Source: Candidatus Moraniibacteriota bacterium
GTDB lineage: Bacteria; Patescibacteriota; Minisyncoccia; Moranbacterales; UBA1568
Direction: 5' to 3'
Length of the DNA: 64,000 nt
Assembly (NCBI GenBank): GCA_016182385.1
Contig: JACPGV010000002.1
Coordinates: 55,553-119,552, forward strand
Positions 23,500-32,809 of the stretch are shown piece after piece. Below the pieces are notes generated by a model. It saw only the letters and a program-made list of their open reading frames with translations. It was not told the origin of the DNA and made no database searches. Within the stretch, counting starts at the first letter, position 1; the number at the start of each line of letters is the position of its first letter. Position numbers and translations under genes: made by a program.

Positions 23500-23820
23500 A
23501 TGAAGATGGCACTTGAAAATATCCAATCTCTGATTCGTTGCCCGGTCTGCAATAAAAAATATCGGTCAATGAAGATGCTCGTTCTTGATGAGGACGATAA
23601 AAAGACAACCTTGCATCTTTCTTGCGAAGGATGTAAGGCGTCGTCGATTGTTTTCGTGTCAATGGGACAGTTTGGCGTAGTCAGTCTTGGTTTTCTTACT
23701 GACCTCAAACAGAGTGAAGCGAAAACGGTATTTTCGGAAGAGGTTGTTTCTACGGACCAAGTGATTGAAGCCCATCAGTTTTTGAAACAGTATACCGGGG
23801 GGGTTGAAGCATTTTTGTAA
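23500..23820 (+). CDS. Small hypothetical zinc-ribbon protein with CxxC...CxxC.
   Basis: LIRCPVCNKKYRSMKMLVLDEDDKKTTLHLSCEGCKAS contains 4 Cys. No confident family assignment was possible. Confidence 0.35.
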   Translation: MKMALENIQSLIRCPVCNKKYRSMKMLVLDEDDKKTTLHLSCEGCKASSIVFVSMGQFGVVSLGFLTDLKQSEAKTVFSEEVVSTDQVIEAHQFLKQYTGGVEAFL

Positions 23821-23858
23821 TTTTCTAGAGAAATTTAAAGCAATTAATAAAGAATGTT

Positions 23859-24536
23859 ATGGCAGAGTTACTCTTACAAGTAAAGAATCGTGAGGCAGCA
23901 GGAAAAGATTTGTATGCGATGCGAAAGCAAGGTTTTATCCCGGCAGTGCTTTATGGTCATGGTGTTAAGCAACAGATGTTTTGGGTTCGACATATTGACT
24001 TCGTTAAGCTTTACGTCAAGGCCGGCGAAAGCAGTATTGTCGAAGTAGCGCCTGAGAAGGGGAAGGTAGTGAATGTTATTATTCATGATGTCCAAACCGA
24101 CCCGCTTTCCAACCATTACGAACACGTTGATTTTTTTCAGGTACGTATGGACGAGAAACTCGAAACGCACGTGCCGCTTGAATTTGTCGGTGAGGCGCCG
24201 GCTGTTCGAGAATTGGGCGGTATTCTCGTGAAGCCACTTGAAGAAGTGCTGATCAGTTGTTTACCGAAGGATTTGCCTCGTGTTATCGCGGTGGATATTT
24301 CTTTATTGAAAACATTTGATGATCATATTCAAATCAAAGATATAGTGATTCCAGCCGGTGTGGAAATCTTGGCGGACAAGGAAATGGCTATCGTTCTTGT
24401 CGAGCCGCCACGCACGGAGTCAGAAATGGCCGCTCTTGATGAGAAGGTAGAAGGCGACGTAACAAAAGTCGAGGGCGTTGTCAAAGAAAGCGCCACGGAG
24501 ACTCCCTCTGTCACGGAAAAAGAAGGGGGAAAGTAA
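23859..24536 (+). CDS. rplY: 50S ribosomal protein L25, general stress protein Ctc form.
   Basis: The N-terminal L25 fold (NREAAGKDLYAMRKQGFIPAVLYGHG) plus the Ctc C-terminal domain and an acidic tail are present. Confidence 0.8.
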   Translation: MAELLLQVKNREAAGKDLYAMRKQGFIPAVLYGHGVKQQMFWVRHIDFVKLYVKAGESSIVEVAPEKGKVVNVIIHDVQTDPLSNHYEHVDFFQVRMDEKLETHVPLEFVGEAPAVRELGGILVKPLEEVLISCLPKDLPRVIAVDISLLKTFDDHIQIKDIVIPAGVEILADKEMAIVLVEPPRTESEMAALDEKVEGDVTKVEGVVKESATETPSVTEKEGGK

Positions 24537-24564
24537 AGCGGGAAGAAAATAGTAGTATTAAAAG

Positions 24565-24595
24565 CGCTCAGAGTTCCTATTCTGGGCGTTTTTGA
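24565..24595 (+). terminator. Probable terminator after rplY.
   Basis: The hairpin cgctcag...ctgggcg, with one mismatch, is followed by TTTTT. Confidence 0.4.
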
Positions 24596-24610
24596 ATTAA
24601 ATTCTTTTTA

Positions 24611-24823
24611 TTGACAAGAGATTGTTTTTTTGCTATAATTAAAGGTCGTAAAATATTTACAATTTGAGGCGATAAGTTTCTGTTTTCAGGGCTGAAGAAG
24701 GCATCCCTCCTAGCTTTTTTTGGCTGAAATGTATGAAGTGATGATTTTTTCATCATTTTATCGCCTGAAGGCAGAAACTTACTGCCGCAATATTCCGCGC
24801 ATCTGAAAAGGCGCGGTTTTTTT
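24611..24823 (+). ncRNA. Candidate orphan small RNA gene: a consensus promoter, a structured transcript of about 175 nt and an intrinsic terminator. Its identity is unknown; a 6S-like RNA is one possibility.
   Basis: TTGACA (24611-16), 17 nt, then TATAAT (24634-39). Long-range complementarity ggcgataa (24669-76) with ttatcgcc (24756-63). Internal hairpins gtgatgatttttt/catcat and ggcag-aaactta-ctgcc, and a repeated CUGAAG(A)AGGCA motif. Terminator ccgcgc-atctgaaaag-gcgcgg plus TTTTTTT (24795-24823). No downstream + strand gene, because pth and the LCP gene are on the minus strand. Confidence 0.5.
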
Positions 24824-24831
24824 ATGATGAA

Positions 24832-25374
24832 TTATGGATTGATGAGCCGAAGCACTTCTTCCTTGATGGTTGGAAAGAGAGCGGAAAGCGTAGTGTATTC
24901 ATCATTGGAAAAATCTTGAAGAACAAAATCGTGTATGGGTAGACAAGTGTCGGGAGTTTCTTTTGGACGACCGACACCAAGACGGATGCGATAGAAATGT
25001 TGACTGCCGATTTTATCAATAATATCTTGGACACCATTGTGGCCAGCGGCGCGCGATGAAGACGTTATCTTGTATGTTCCGAGCGGGATATCGATATCGT
25101 CGTGAAGTACGATGATGTCCGAGGAGGTGAGCTTATAAAAAGAAAGAAGTTTCAAAACCGCTTCACCGGAAGCGTTCATATACGTCAGGGGCTTGGCGAA
25201 AAGAATTTTTTCATGGAAGAGGGTGGTGCTTCCTATTTCGGCAGACATTTTTGTATCACGCGTAAGCGGCGCGTCACAAAGTGCGTCTCGAAGAAAATCA
25301 ATACAAAGAAATCCGGCATTGTGACGGGTGTGCTCATATGATTTTCCGGGATTACCAAGTCCGATAATGAGTTT
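24832..25374 (-). CDS. pth: Peptidyl-tRNA hydrolase.
   Basis: MKLIIGLGNPGKSYEHTRHNAGF... matches the canonical Pth N-terminus. The start is taken at the internal ATG at 25374. Confidence 0.9.
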   Translation of the reverse strand, partial: KLIIGLGNPGKSYEHTRHNAGFLCIDFLRDALCDAPLTRDTKMSAEIGSTTLFHEKILFAKPLTYMNASGEAVLKLLSFYKLTSSDIIVLHDDIDIPLGTYKITSSSRAAGHNGVQDIIDKIGSQHFYRIRLGVGRPKETPDTCLPIHDFVLQDFSNDEYTTLSALFPTIKEEVLRLINP

Positions 25375-25381
25375 CATAAAG

Positions 25382-26950
25382 TTAGCGAATATTATACTGA
25401 GAGGAAAAGGGTTCCTCAAGAAATATTTCTTCTTTTTCTTCTCGTAGGCCGAAAGTTTCCTCGAAATTTAAACTTTGACCGAGATTTTTCCCGATAACCA
25501 TGATGATATCTGACGTATCGCGATCGGGCAAAGAAGAATGAAGAGAAAGGGTCTGCTCGAGGGAAAACTTTTTCAGAAGAGCATCGATACTGAATGATTT
25601 TTGCGGAACACTTCTATCTGTAATCATACTCTGTTCTGGCTGGTTTTCCAAAATGCCGAGAAGAGTGATGTTTTCTTTTGCAAAACTGAGAGTTTCGATC
25701 ATAAAATCACGTATTTTTTTTGCCGCAAGGCTGTCTTCTTCGGCGTATAAAAGAGTAATGGTAGCATGTTCTTCCTCGATATTTTTTTGATTCATATTGC
25801 GCGTATCGAGATGAAAAATATTTTCATTCACCTCGCGGATTTCTTTCCAGTTGCCGGTACGGGGAACAAGAATGAAAGCGTTTATCGTTCCGACGGGAAC
25901 ATGGGAAACTCGGAGAAGACTTTCTTTTTTCCAAGCATCGACAACAAAGGAGGTGATGTTTTCTGTGTCGATTGTTTTGGCCAGACGGAGAAATTCTTCG
26001 ATATCTTCAAGGGTCATATCGGTAGTGACATTTTCCCCAAGGGTATTAAGAAGATCATTGACGGTAAAAACATTGAGAAAAGTACGTAAAGAGAAGGCTT
26101 TGTCCTTGACGGCTTGCAGAACTTGTTGTTGGCGTTTGGCGCGACCAAAATCTCCCTCTGGGTCGTCGTGTCGTTCTCGCACATATTTGAGGGTTGTGGC
26201 GCCGTCAAGAATATGCCAACCCTTTTTTAGAGAAAACGTTTCATAACTGTAATTTTTTCCGGGGTAACGCGTATCATAAAAATCTCTCTGTGCCTCAATG
26301 GCGATACCGCCAAGCGTATCAATTGTTTTTTCGAAACCGTCAAAATCAATCATGAAAAAATAGTGGAGAGGTTGCCCGATAATGTGTTCGATAGAAGAGC
26401 GTACGATATGTAATTCGCCGCCTTCACGGAGATCATATTGATAGAGCGCGTTTACTTTTGTGGAAAGGTTTGTATTTTGTATGGGAACGTAGAGGTCGCG
26501 AGGGAGAGAAAGGAGGGCCACTTTTTTTGTATGGGTATCAATACTCATAATCATAACGGTATCGGTAAGATTTTTCCCTGGATAGCGCTCGCCCGCTCTT
26601 CCGAGAAGAAGAATATTGATACGACCGTCTTTTTCGCCTCGTAAAAGAAAATCTTCTCCATCAACAAAAGAAACAGCCAGACGTTTGAGATCGGAAAGAA
26701 GCGATGGTCGAGCAGTATTTTGAAATTGGATATGGTGTCCTATAAAAAGGCTTTTCCCGAAAAGAAAGAAGAAGGTAAAAATGAAAAGAAAAAGTAGTAT
26801 ACTGGCGCCTCCAAGAAAAAAGCGAGTTTGTTTTTTCGTTGGCGTAACGGATGTTTTGGTGCGCGCGGGAAGGTTTTTTTGTACCGAAGAAGAAGGTTTT
26901 TCTTTGGGAAGATGAGGGGGAGTTTTTGGTACGCGGCGAATGCTATCCAT
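25382..26950 (-). CDS. LytR-CpsA-Psr (LCP) family cell-wall glycopolymer transferase with a C-terminal LytR_C-like domain.
   Basis: An N-terminal cytoplasmic tail and TM segment are followed by the LCP core (INILLLGRAGERYPGKNLTDTVMIMSIDTHTKKVALLSLPRDLYV). Confidence 0.8.
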   Translation of the reverse strand: MDSIRRVPKTPPHLPKEKPSSSVQKNLPARTKTSVTPTKKQTRFFLGGASILLFLFIFTFFFLFGKSLFIGHHIQFQNTARPSLLSDLKRLAVSFVDGEDFLLRGEKDGRINILLLGRAGERYPGKNLTDTVMIMSIDTHTKKVALLSLPRDLYVPIQNTNLSTKVNALYQYDLREGGELHIVRSSIEHIIGQPLHYFFMIDFDGFEKTIDTLGGIAIEAQRDFYDTRYPGKNYSYETFSLKKGWHILDGATTLKYVRERHDDPEGDFGRAKRQQQVLQAVKDKAFSLRTFLNVFTVNDLLNTLGENVTTDMTLEDIEEFLRLAKTIDTENITSFVVDAWKKESLLRVSHVPVGTINAFILVPRTGNWKEIREVNENIFHLDTRNMNQKNIEEEHATITLLYAEEDSLAAKKIRDFMIETLSFAKENITLLGILENQPEQSMITDRSVPQKSFSIDALLKKFSLEQTLSLHSSLPDRDTSDIIMVIGKNLGQSLNFEETFGLREEKEEIFLEEPFSSQYNIR

Positions 26951-26984
26951 ACGTTTTTTTCTTCAAGAGAGCCATTATTTCCCC

Positions 26985-27013
26985 TTGTCAGAGAGGGGAA
27001 AATCTGTTACAAT
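26985..27013 (+). promoter_or_regulatory. Promoter for the lepB-hisS-hit unit.
   Basis: TTGTCA, 17 nt, then TACAAT. Confidence 0.4.
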
Positions 27014-27068
27014 GCGAGTGTTTTTTATTGGATGAAGGTTTATTTTTTGGTAAAAAATCGAATAAAGT

Positions 27069-27707
27069 ATGGCGATGGAATCGGAAGAGTCGCGAGAGGT
27101 TTTTGAGGGGGGGAAACAGGAGTATTTGAGCATAAAAGGGCTCTTCTTTGAGATGATTAAAGTGTTCTTGTTGGCCGTGGTCATTATTATACCTGTTCGG
27201 ATATTTTTGTTCCAGCCGTTTTTTGTAGAGGGCTCAAGTATGGAACCGAATTTTGAGGACGGGCAGTACCTTATTGTTAGTGAATTGGGGTACAAAGAAA
27301 CCGATGTGCGTTTTTTACAGGGTGTCGGTTTTACCGTGGAGACTTTCAAAACTATCAAAAGACAGGATGTCGCTGTTTTCCGTAACCCGAAAAACACCGA
27401 TCAATTTTTTATTAAACGAGTTATTGCTCTTCCGGAAGAGACGGTTGCTATTGAAAAGGGAAGGATCGTTATTTATAATACCGAACATCCATCAGGTATG
27501 GTGCTTGATGAGAGCGGGTATCTTGTTTCGGGGACAAAAACATCCGACATGCCAAAAATAACGCTTGATGAGGATGAGTATTTTGTGTTAGGAGACAATC
27601 GTTCTCATAGTTATGATTCTCGAGCAGTGGGGCCGATTTCCAAGGATAAGATTATTGGGCGCGTGCTTTTGCGAGCGTGGCCCGTCGATCAATTTTCAAT
27701 ATATTAA
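27069..27707 (+). CDS. lepB: Signal peptidase I.
   Basis: The catalytic Ser box (VEGSSMEPNF), the Lys box (FIKRVIALPEE) and GDNRSHSYDSR are present, with an N-terminal TM helix. Confidence 0.85.
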   Translation: MAMESEESREVFEGGKQEYLSIKGLFFEMIKVFLLAVVIIIPVRIFLFQPFFVEGSSMEPNFEDGQYLIVSELGYKETDVRFLQGVGFTVETFKTIKRQDVAVFRNPKNTDQFFIKRVIALPEETVAIEKGRIVIYNTEHPSGMVLDESGYLVSGTKTSDMPKITLDEDEYFVLGDNRSHSYDSRAVGPISKDKIIGRVLLRAWPVDQFSIY

Positions 27708-27737
27708 TTATTCGTAAACCATTAAGAAAAGAATGTT

Positions 27738-29162
27738 ATGGCACAGAAAATGAAAAAAGGAGTTGTTCGTGATTCAAAAAAGAAAACAACGAAAAAAACG
27801 GATGTTTCCAAGGTGTCAGTGACGAAAAAAACGGCGGTGAAAAAAACTCCTGTTGCCAACGTGTCTCAAGAAGAGGTTTTGTTGCAGGCGTTGCGTGGAA
27901 TGCGAGATATTTTGCCTGATGAACAACCGTATTGGGAACGGGTGCGCAAGGTACTTTCTCACGCGGCGCAAGAATATGGTTTTCAGCGTATTGATACACC
28001 GCTTGTAGAATTTGTACATTTGTTTACTCGTTCTATCGGCAACCAAACAGACATAGTGGAAAAGGAAATGTATACGTTTCAAACGAGAGGTGGTGATAAG
28101 GTCGCTCTTCGGCCGGAATTTACCGCCGGTATCGCGCGAGCATTCATTGAACATGGTATGGGCGTATTACCGAAGCCGGTAAAACTTTTTTCCGTGGGGC
28201 CGGTGTATCGATATGATCGTCCACAGGAAGGACGTTATCGAGAGTTTTGGCAGGGGAACTTTGATATGTTTGGCGAGAGTGACCCGATTCTCGATGCGCA
28301 GACGATTCAGCTTGCGTATCGTGTAGTGCAACAGCTCGGTCTTAAAAATATAGAATTTCAGGTAAACTCTATTGGTGTGCCGGATTCGCGTCGTGAGTAT
28401 ACGAAGGCACTTTTGCGTTATCTTGAGGCACAACGAGGAAAGCTCTGTCAAAATTGTCGCGATCGTTTGGTGACAAATCCGATGAGGGTGCTTGATTGCA
28501 AAGAAGATAAGTGTATTCAACTTACCACGCATGCCCCGCAGTCACTTGATTATCTTGATCAGGAATCACGTGATCATTTTAAACGCTTGCTTGAATATCT
28601 TGATGAGTTGGAATTGCCGTACACCATCAATACTCGGCTGGTGCGTGGTTTGGATTATTATACAAAGACGGTTTTTGAAATTTGGTCGAGTGATAAAGAG
28701 GGAAAGAAATATTCTCTGGGTGGCGGTGGACGCTATGATGGCCTTATTGAGAGTTTGGGAGGGGAGCCGACGCCGGCTATCGGTTTTGGATTGGGGCTTG
28801 ATCGTATTATTTTGGAGATGAAGCGGACACAAGTAAAGCCGTATCAAGAAGCGAAACCAAAAGTGTTTTTAGCGCAATTGGGCGATATGGCAAAGAAAAA
28901 AAGTTTACGGCTTTTTTCGGAGTTGGAAAAAAACGGTATTCTTCTCGCGGAAAGCTTTGGTCGCGGCAGTCTCAAATCTCAACTTCGTGTCGCTAATCGT
29001 CTTGGCGTGGAGGTAACCATTATCGTCGGACAGAAAGAAGCGCTTGATGATACGGCGATTCTGAAAGATATGGTTTCTGGCACACAAGAAACAGTGACGC
29101 ATGAGAGATTGGTGGATGCCGTGAAGAAGATTTTGAAATCAAATCAATTGTTACAAGGATAA
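27738..29162 (+). CDS. hisS: Histidyl-tRNA synthetase with a Lys-rich N-terminal extension of about 50 aa.
   Basis: The class II core is present (GMRDILPDE...; motif 2 RYDRPQEGRYREFWQ; motif 3 GGGRYDGLIE; C-terminal anticodon-binding domain). It is preceded by MAQKMKKGVVRDSKKKTTKKTDVSKVSVTKKTAVKKTPV. Confidence 0.9.
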   Translation: MAQKMKKGVVRDSKKKTTKKTDVSKVSVTKKTAVKKTPVANVSQEEVLLQALRGMRDILPDEQPYWERVRKVLSHAAQEYGFQRIDTPLVEFVHLFTRSIGNQTDIVEKEMYTFQTRGGDKVALRPEFTAGIARAFIEHGMGVLPKPVKLFSVGPVYRYDRPQEGRYREFWQGNFDMFGESDPILDAQTIQLAYRVVQQLGLKNIEFQVNSIGVPDSRREYTKALLRYLEAQRGKLCQNCRDRLVTNPMRVLDCKEDKCIQLTTHAPQSLDYLDQESRDHFKRLLEYLDELELPYTINTRLVRGLDYYTKTVFEIWSSDKEGKKYSLGGGGRYDGLIESLGGEPTPAIGFGLGLDRIILEMKRTQVKPYQEAKPKVFLAQLGDMAKKKSLRLFSELEKNGILLAESFGRGSLKSQLRVANRLGVEVTIIVGQKEALDDTAILKDMVSGTQETVTHERLVDAVKKILKSNQLLQG

Positions 29163-29168
29163 CTTTTT

Positions 29169-29519
29169 ATGGAAGAAACTATTTTTCAAAAAATTATTCG
29201 TAAGGAGGTTCCTGCGGATGTTGTTTATGAGGACGAGGACGTCATGGCTTTTTACGATATTCATCCATTGGCGCCGGTGCATGTGCTTATTATTCCTAAA
29301 AAACGCATTGAGAGTATCGCGACCATGGAAAAAGAGGATATTGCGCTTGTCGGAAAAATGCTCTATGTGGCGCGCACAATAGCTTCGGACTTGCATATTG
29401 CCGATAAAGGGTATAAACTACTTACCCGGATTGGCAGAGACGGGGGACAAGAAATACCTCATTTGCACCTGCATCTTTTGGGCGGAGCCAAGCTTGTGGA
29501 GCGTATTTATCCGGAGTAA
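29169..29519 (+). CDS. HIT-family (Hint) nucleotide hydrolase.
   Basis: IFQKIIRKE..P...VYEDED..AF.DI.P...VH.L.IPK... with a histidine-triad HLHLHLLGG. Confidence 0.85.
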   Translation: MEETIFQKIIRKEVPADVVYEDEDVMAFYDIHPLAPVHVLIIPKKRIESIATMEKEDIALVGKMLYVARTIASDLHIADKGYKLLTRIGRDGGQEIPHLHLHLLGGAKLVERIYPE

Positions 29520-29635
29520 GAGTTGAGTAAAAGATGTTTTTTTGGAAAACATCCGAATGATTTGAAGAGGGATTCGTATTGTTCGGATGTGGTTCATGAA
29601 AAGTATGAATCGCACAGGAAAGGAGGTCGTTTGAT

Positions 29636-29884
29636 ATGATACAAGTACGAAAAAAAGAACGAGAAACCGCTGAAAGCCTTATTCGGCGTTTTTCACGACG
29701 TGTTCAGCAAAGCGGTGTGTTGAAACAGGTGCGTAAGATGCGCTTTCGTCAGGAAGAAAAAAGTCGCGGAAAACGAAGAGACGAGGCCTTATATAAAGTA
29801 AAGATTCGTAAAGAAATCAATCGTCTGAAAAAACTCGGAAAATTTGATGAAGACGCTTTGCGCGACATCAAAAAGAGAATGTAA
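29636..29884 (+). CDS. rpsU: 30S ribosomal protein S21.
   Basis: MIQVRKKERETAESLIRRFSRRVQQSGVLKQVRKMRFRQEEKSRGKRR matches the S21 pattern (V...E..ALRRFKR.....G.L.E.RRR.FYEKP). Confidence 0.8.
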   Translation: MIQVRKKERETAESLIRRFSRRVQQSGVLKQVRKMRFRQEEKSRGKRRDEALYKVKIRKEINRLKKLGKFDEDALRDIKKRM

Positions 29885-29984
29885 AGGAAGAACATCTCGC
29901 GAAAGCGGGATGTTTTTTTGTGAGAGATGGTGTTTGTGCGGAGAGTTTGCTATGATGAAGAGGTTAATGATTATTGTGGATCTT

Positions 29985-30437
29985 ATGTCTCTTTATCAGA
30001 CGGTTGCTGATCACGTGAAAGAAGCCATGAAACAGGGCGATATTTTGCGCCGTGATACTTTGCGTATGCTTCAGAGTGCTATAAAAAATGTAGCTATTGA
30101 AAAACGCGTGCGGCCAGAAGAATTTACCGATGCTCAGGTGGAAGAAGTGATCCGTCGCCTCGTAAAACAAAGAAAGGATAGTATTGAGCAGTATACGACT
30201 GGGGGACGTACCGATCTTGTTGAAAAGGAGAGTGCGGAGCTCAACCTTCTTTCGACTTATTTACCGCAAGCGATGCCCGAAGAAGAATTACGATCTCTGG
30301 TCGCTGGTGTTTTGAACGAAACGGGTATTTCTGCAAAGGCTGAGATGGGACAGGCAATGGGCGCGGTAATGAAAAAGGTTTCCGGTCGCGCCTCGGGAGA
30401 TGATGTACGGAAGGTGGTAGAATCTTTGTTAAAGTAG
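29985..30437 (+). CDS. yqeY: GatB/YqeY-domain protein.
   Basis: MSLYQTVADHVKEAMKQGDILRRDTLRMLQSAIKN...GQAMGAVMKKVSGRASGDDVRKVV is the typical YqeY pattern. The start is taken at the internal ATG at 29985. Confidence 0.75.
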   Translation: MSLYQTVADHVKEAMKQGDILRRDTLRMLQSAIKNVAIEKRVRPEEFTDAQVEEVIRRLVKQRKDSIEQYTTGGRTDLVEKESAELNLLSTYLPQAMPEEELRSLVAGVLNETGISAKAEMGQAMGAVMKKVSGRASGDDVRKVVESLLK

Positions 30438-30438
30438 T

Positions 30439-30888
30439 ATGGCTGTTGTTTTGGAGTATACCGAAGAGGAAGCAGTTTCTCTTCCGAAAGAGTTTTTTGT
30501 CGCGGTGGTTGAACAGACGATACGAGACGCTTTTCTTCGCGAGATGAATCAAGAAGAAATACGAGTAAGTCTTGTCATGATGACAGAAGAAAACATGCGG
30601 CGATTGAATCGCACCTATCGCCAGAAAGATGCCGTTACGGATGTGCTTTCGTTTGGAGAATATACAAAGAAGATATTGAAAGAAAAGTTTTCGACCCCGA
30701 TATTTCTTGGAGAAATATTTTTTTGTCCGGCGTTTATCGAGAAAGCAGCCAAAGAAGATGGAGTGACCGTGAAGCGTGAAATGGCTTATATTGTTTCTCA
30801 CGGAGTACTGCATCTTTTGGGATTTGATCATGAAGAGGAAATGTTTGTTATTCAGGAAAGAGTAACTGATAAGATAGCCACTTTATAA
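30439..30888 (+). CDS. ybeY: rRNA maturation endoribonuclease YbeY.
   Basis: TDVLSFG... and the H-motif SHGVLHLLGFDHEEE are present. Confidence 0.85.
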   Translation: MAVVLEYTEEEAVSLPKEFFVAVVEQTIRDAFLREMNQEEIRVSLVMMTEENMRRLNRTYRQKDAVTDVLSFGEYTKKILKEKFSTPIFLGEIFFCPAFIEKAAKEDGVTVKREMAYIVSHGVLHLLGFDHEEEMFVIQERVTDKIATL

Positions 30889-30895
30889 ATTTTCT

Positions 30896-31258
30896 ATGGG
30901 AAGATTGACGCGAAGTTTTTTTTATGCCGTAAAAGGAGTTCTTTTCGCTTTACGGAACGAAAAAAATTTTCAAATTGAAATGGCGGCTGGTGTGTTTGCG
31001 TGTTTTCTTATGATATTTTTTCCTCTCTCCGGTCTTGAGCGAGCTCTTATTTTATTGTCGATTGTTTTGGTGTTGACTTTGGAGCTTGCCAACACGGCCC
31101 TTGAGCGAGTAATGGATATTTTGAAACCGCGTATTCATCCTTACGCGCGTGTTATAAAAGACGTGATGGCCGGATCGGTTCTCTTGGCTTCGCTTGCGGC
31201 ACTCGCTATTGGCATCGCAATTTTTCTTCCCTATGTGGCGAACTTCTTTCGTTCCTGA
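30896..31258 (+). CDS. dgkA: Diacylglycerol kinase / undecaprenol kinase (DgkA family).
   Basis: A 120-aa 3-TM protein with EKNFQIEM...LTLELANTALERVMD matching the DgkA signature. The ybeY-dgkA adjacency is conserved in many bacteria. Confidence 0.75.
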   Translation: MGRLTRSFFYAVKGVLFALRNEKNFQIEMAAGVFACFLMIFFPLSGLERALILLSIVLVLTLELANTALERVMDILKPRIHPYARVIKDVMAGSVLLASLAALAIGIAIFLPYVANFFRS

Positions 31259-31356
31259 TCCCTCTTTGCTTTTGGAATAATTCGGGGTATAATAAAAAGT
31301 GCAAAGCTTCGCTGGTGAGAAGCTTGGTCTTCTTTTTTACTTTTTCGATTTTATTT

Positions 31357-32616
31357 ATGTCAAAAGGTCGATGTTATGTTGGTTTAGATATCGGTTCTTC
31401 GGAAATTCGGGCGGTTATCGCTCAAGAGGTTTCCGGTGAAGAGACACTGCGTGTCGTCGGGGTAGGATCTGCCCCTTCTTCGGGTATGCGTAAGGGCGTG
31501 GTGGTGGATGCTGAAGGCGTTGCAAAAACGTGTAATATTGCTCTGGAACAGGCTGAGCGCATGGCTGGACATGCGGCTGAACATGTTGTTGTGAGTTTGA
31601 GTGGAACAGAAATCGTTTGTCAGGATGCTTCCGGAGTGGTTGCCGTAGGTCGTGCCGACAGTGAGGTTGTCGAGGATGATGTGGCAAGAGCCAATGAAGA
31701 GGTGCATGCGCGTTTTCCTTTGCCTTTGAATAGGGAAATTATTCATGTTATTCCCAAAGAATATCGACTTGATGATCAAAAAAATATAAAAAATCCGATT
31801 GGTATGAGAGGTGTGCGTCTTGAGGTGAGCGCTCTCGTTATCAGTGGAAGTACGGTCCATTTGAAAAATATTACTCGTAGCCTTGAATTGGCGGGAACAA
31901 ACGCGGAAAGTTTTGTCGTTGAGCCTCTCGCCTGCGCGGAAGCTGTGCTTAGCGCGAGACAGAAAGAATTGGGAACGGTATTGGTAAATATCGGAGGAAG
32001 CACGACATCCATAGCTGTCTTTGAAGATGGTGATCTTTTGCATCTTTCTGTTTTTCCGGTGGGAAGTACGCATATTACCAATGATATTGCTATTGGTTTG
32101 CGAACTTCGATCGAAGTGGCGGAGTCGGTTAAATTACAGTTTGGTAGTGCCCTGCCGGAAGAAATTCACAAAAAAGAGGAAATAGACCTTTCGTTGTTTG
32201 ATGCTCAAGACGACGCAATTGTTTCTCGTCGACATGTGGCAGAAATTATTGAGGCACGTTTTGACGAAATTCTTTCTTATGTGAATGCAGAACTGAAGAC
32301 GATCGGTCGTGAAGGATTACTTCCTGGAGGTGTTGTTTTTTGTGGTGGTGGCGCGCTCTTGCCCGGAGCGATTGAGAGAGCAAAAAAAACATTGCGACTG
32401 CCTGTTCAAATCGGATATCCCAAGACTTTGGGGGGTATTCTTGATCAGGTGGATACTCCGCAGTTTGCCACCGTGATCGGTTTGTTGCTTTTGGCACAGT
32501 CGAATCATTCGAACAGGCAATCTTTTACTGCCCAGAAGGCGCTTGCCATTGTCCCTGAAGGGGTGCATACTGTAATAGGAAAGATAAAACAGTGGTCAAA
32601 GCAATTTTTGCCCTGA
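31357..32616 (+). CDS. ftsA: Cell division protein FtsA.
   Basis: An actin-like ATPase (YVGLDIGSSEIRAVIAQ...; GGGALLPG). The start is taken at ATG 31357. Confidence 0.9.
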   Translation: MSKGRCYVGLDIGSSEIRAVIAQEVSGEETLRVVGVGSAPSSGMRKGVVVDAEGVAKTCNIALEQAERMAGHAAEHVVVSLSGTEIVCQDASGVVAVGRADSEVVEDDVARANEEVHARFPLPLNREIIHVIPKEYRLDDQKNIKNPIGMRGVRLEVSALVISGSTVHLKNITRSLELAGTNAESFVVEPLACAEAVLSARQKELGTVLVNIGGSTTSIAVFEDGDLLHLSVFPVGSTHITNDIAIGLRTSIEVAESVKLQFGSALPEEIHKKEEIDLSLFDAQDDAIVSRRHVAEIIEARFDEILSYVNAELKTIGREGLLPGGVVFCGGGALLPGAIERAKKTLRLPVQIGYPKTLGGILDQVDTPQFATVIGLLLLAQSNHSNRQSFTAQKALAIVPEGVHTVIGKIKQWSKQFLP

Positions 32617-32809
32617 ATCTCTCCTTTCATATAAAAACAAAACATCCTTTAAAATCCGGTTTTTTGCCGTTTTTTTCTTTGTCTTGACACTGTTTCTTTC
32701 GGTGTGATACATTGAGATTTCAGAAACTTTTTCCTTTGGGTAAGGGTTTCGGGAAAAATAAAACGATTGTTTGACTGTTTATTTAATCAAATTATCTTTC
32801 AGGGGATAT

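Noticed and set aside
24611-24823. Possibility that the orphan RNA is SRP RNA, RNase P RNA or tmRNA.
   Set aside because: It has no GGAAGCAG/AGGUCC SRP domain-IV motif, no GGAAAGUCC (CR-I) RNase P motif, and no tRNA-like 3' end or tag ORF. The length of about 175 nt also does not fit RNase P or tmRNA.
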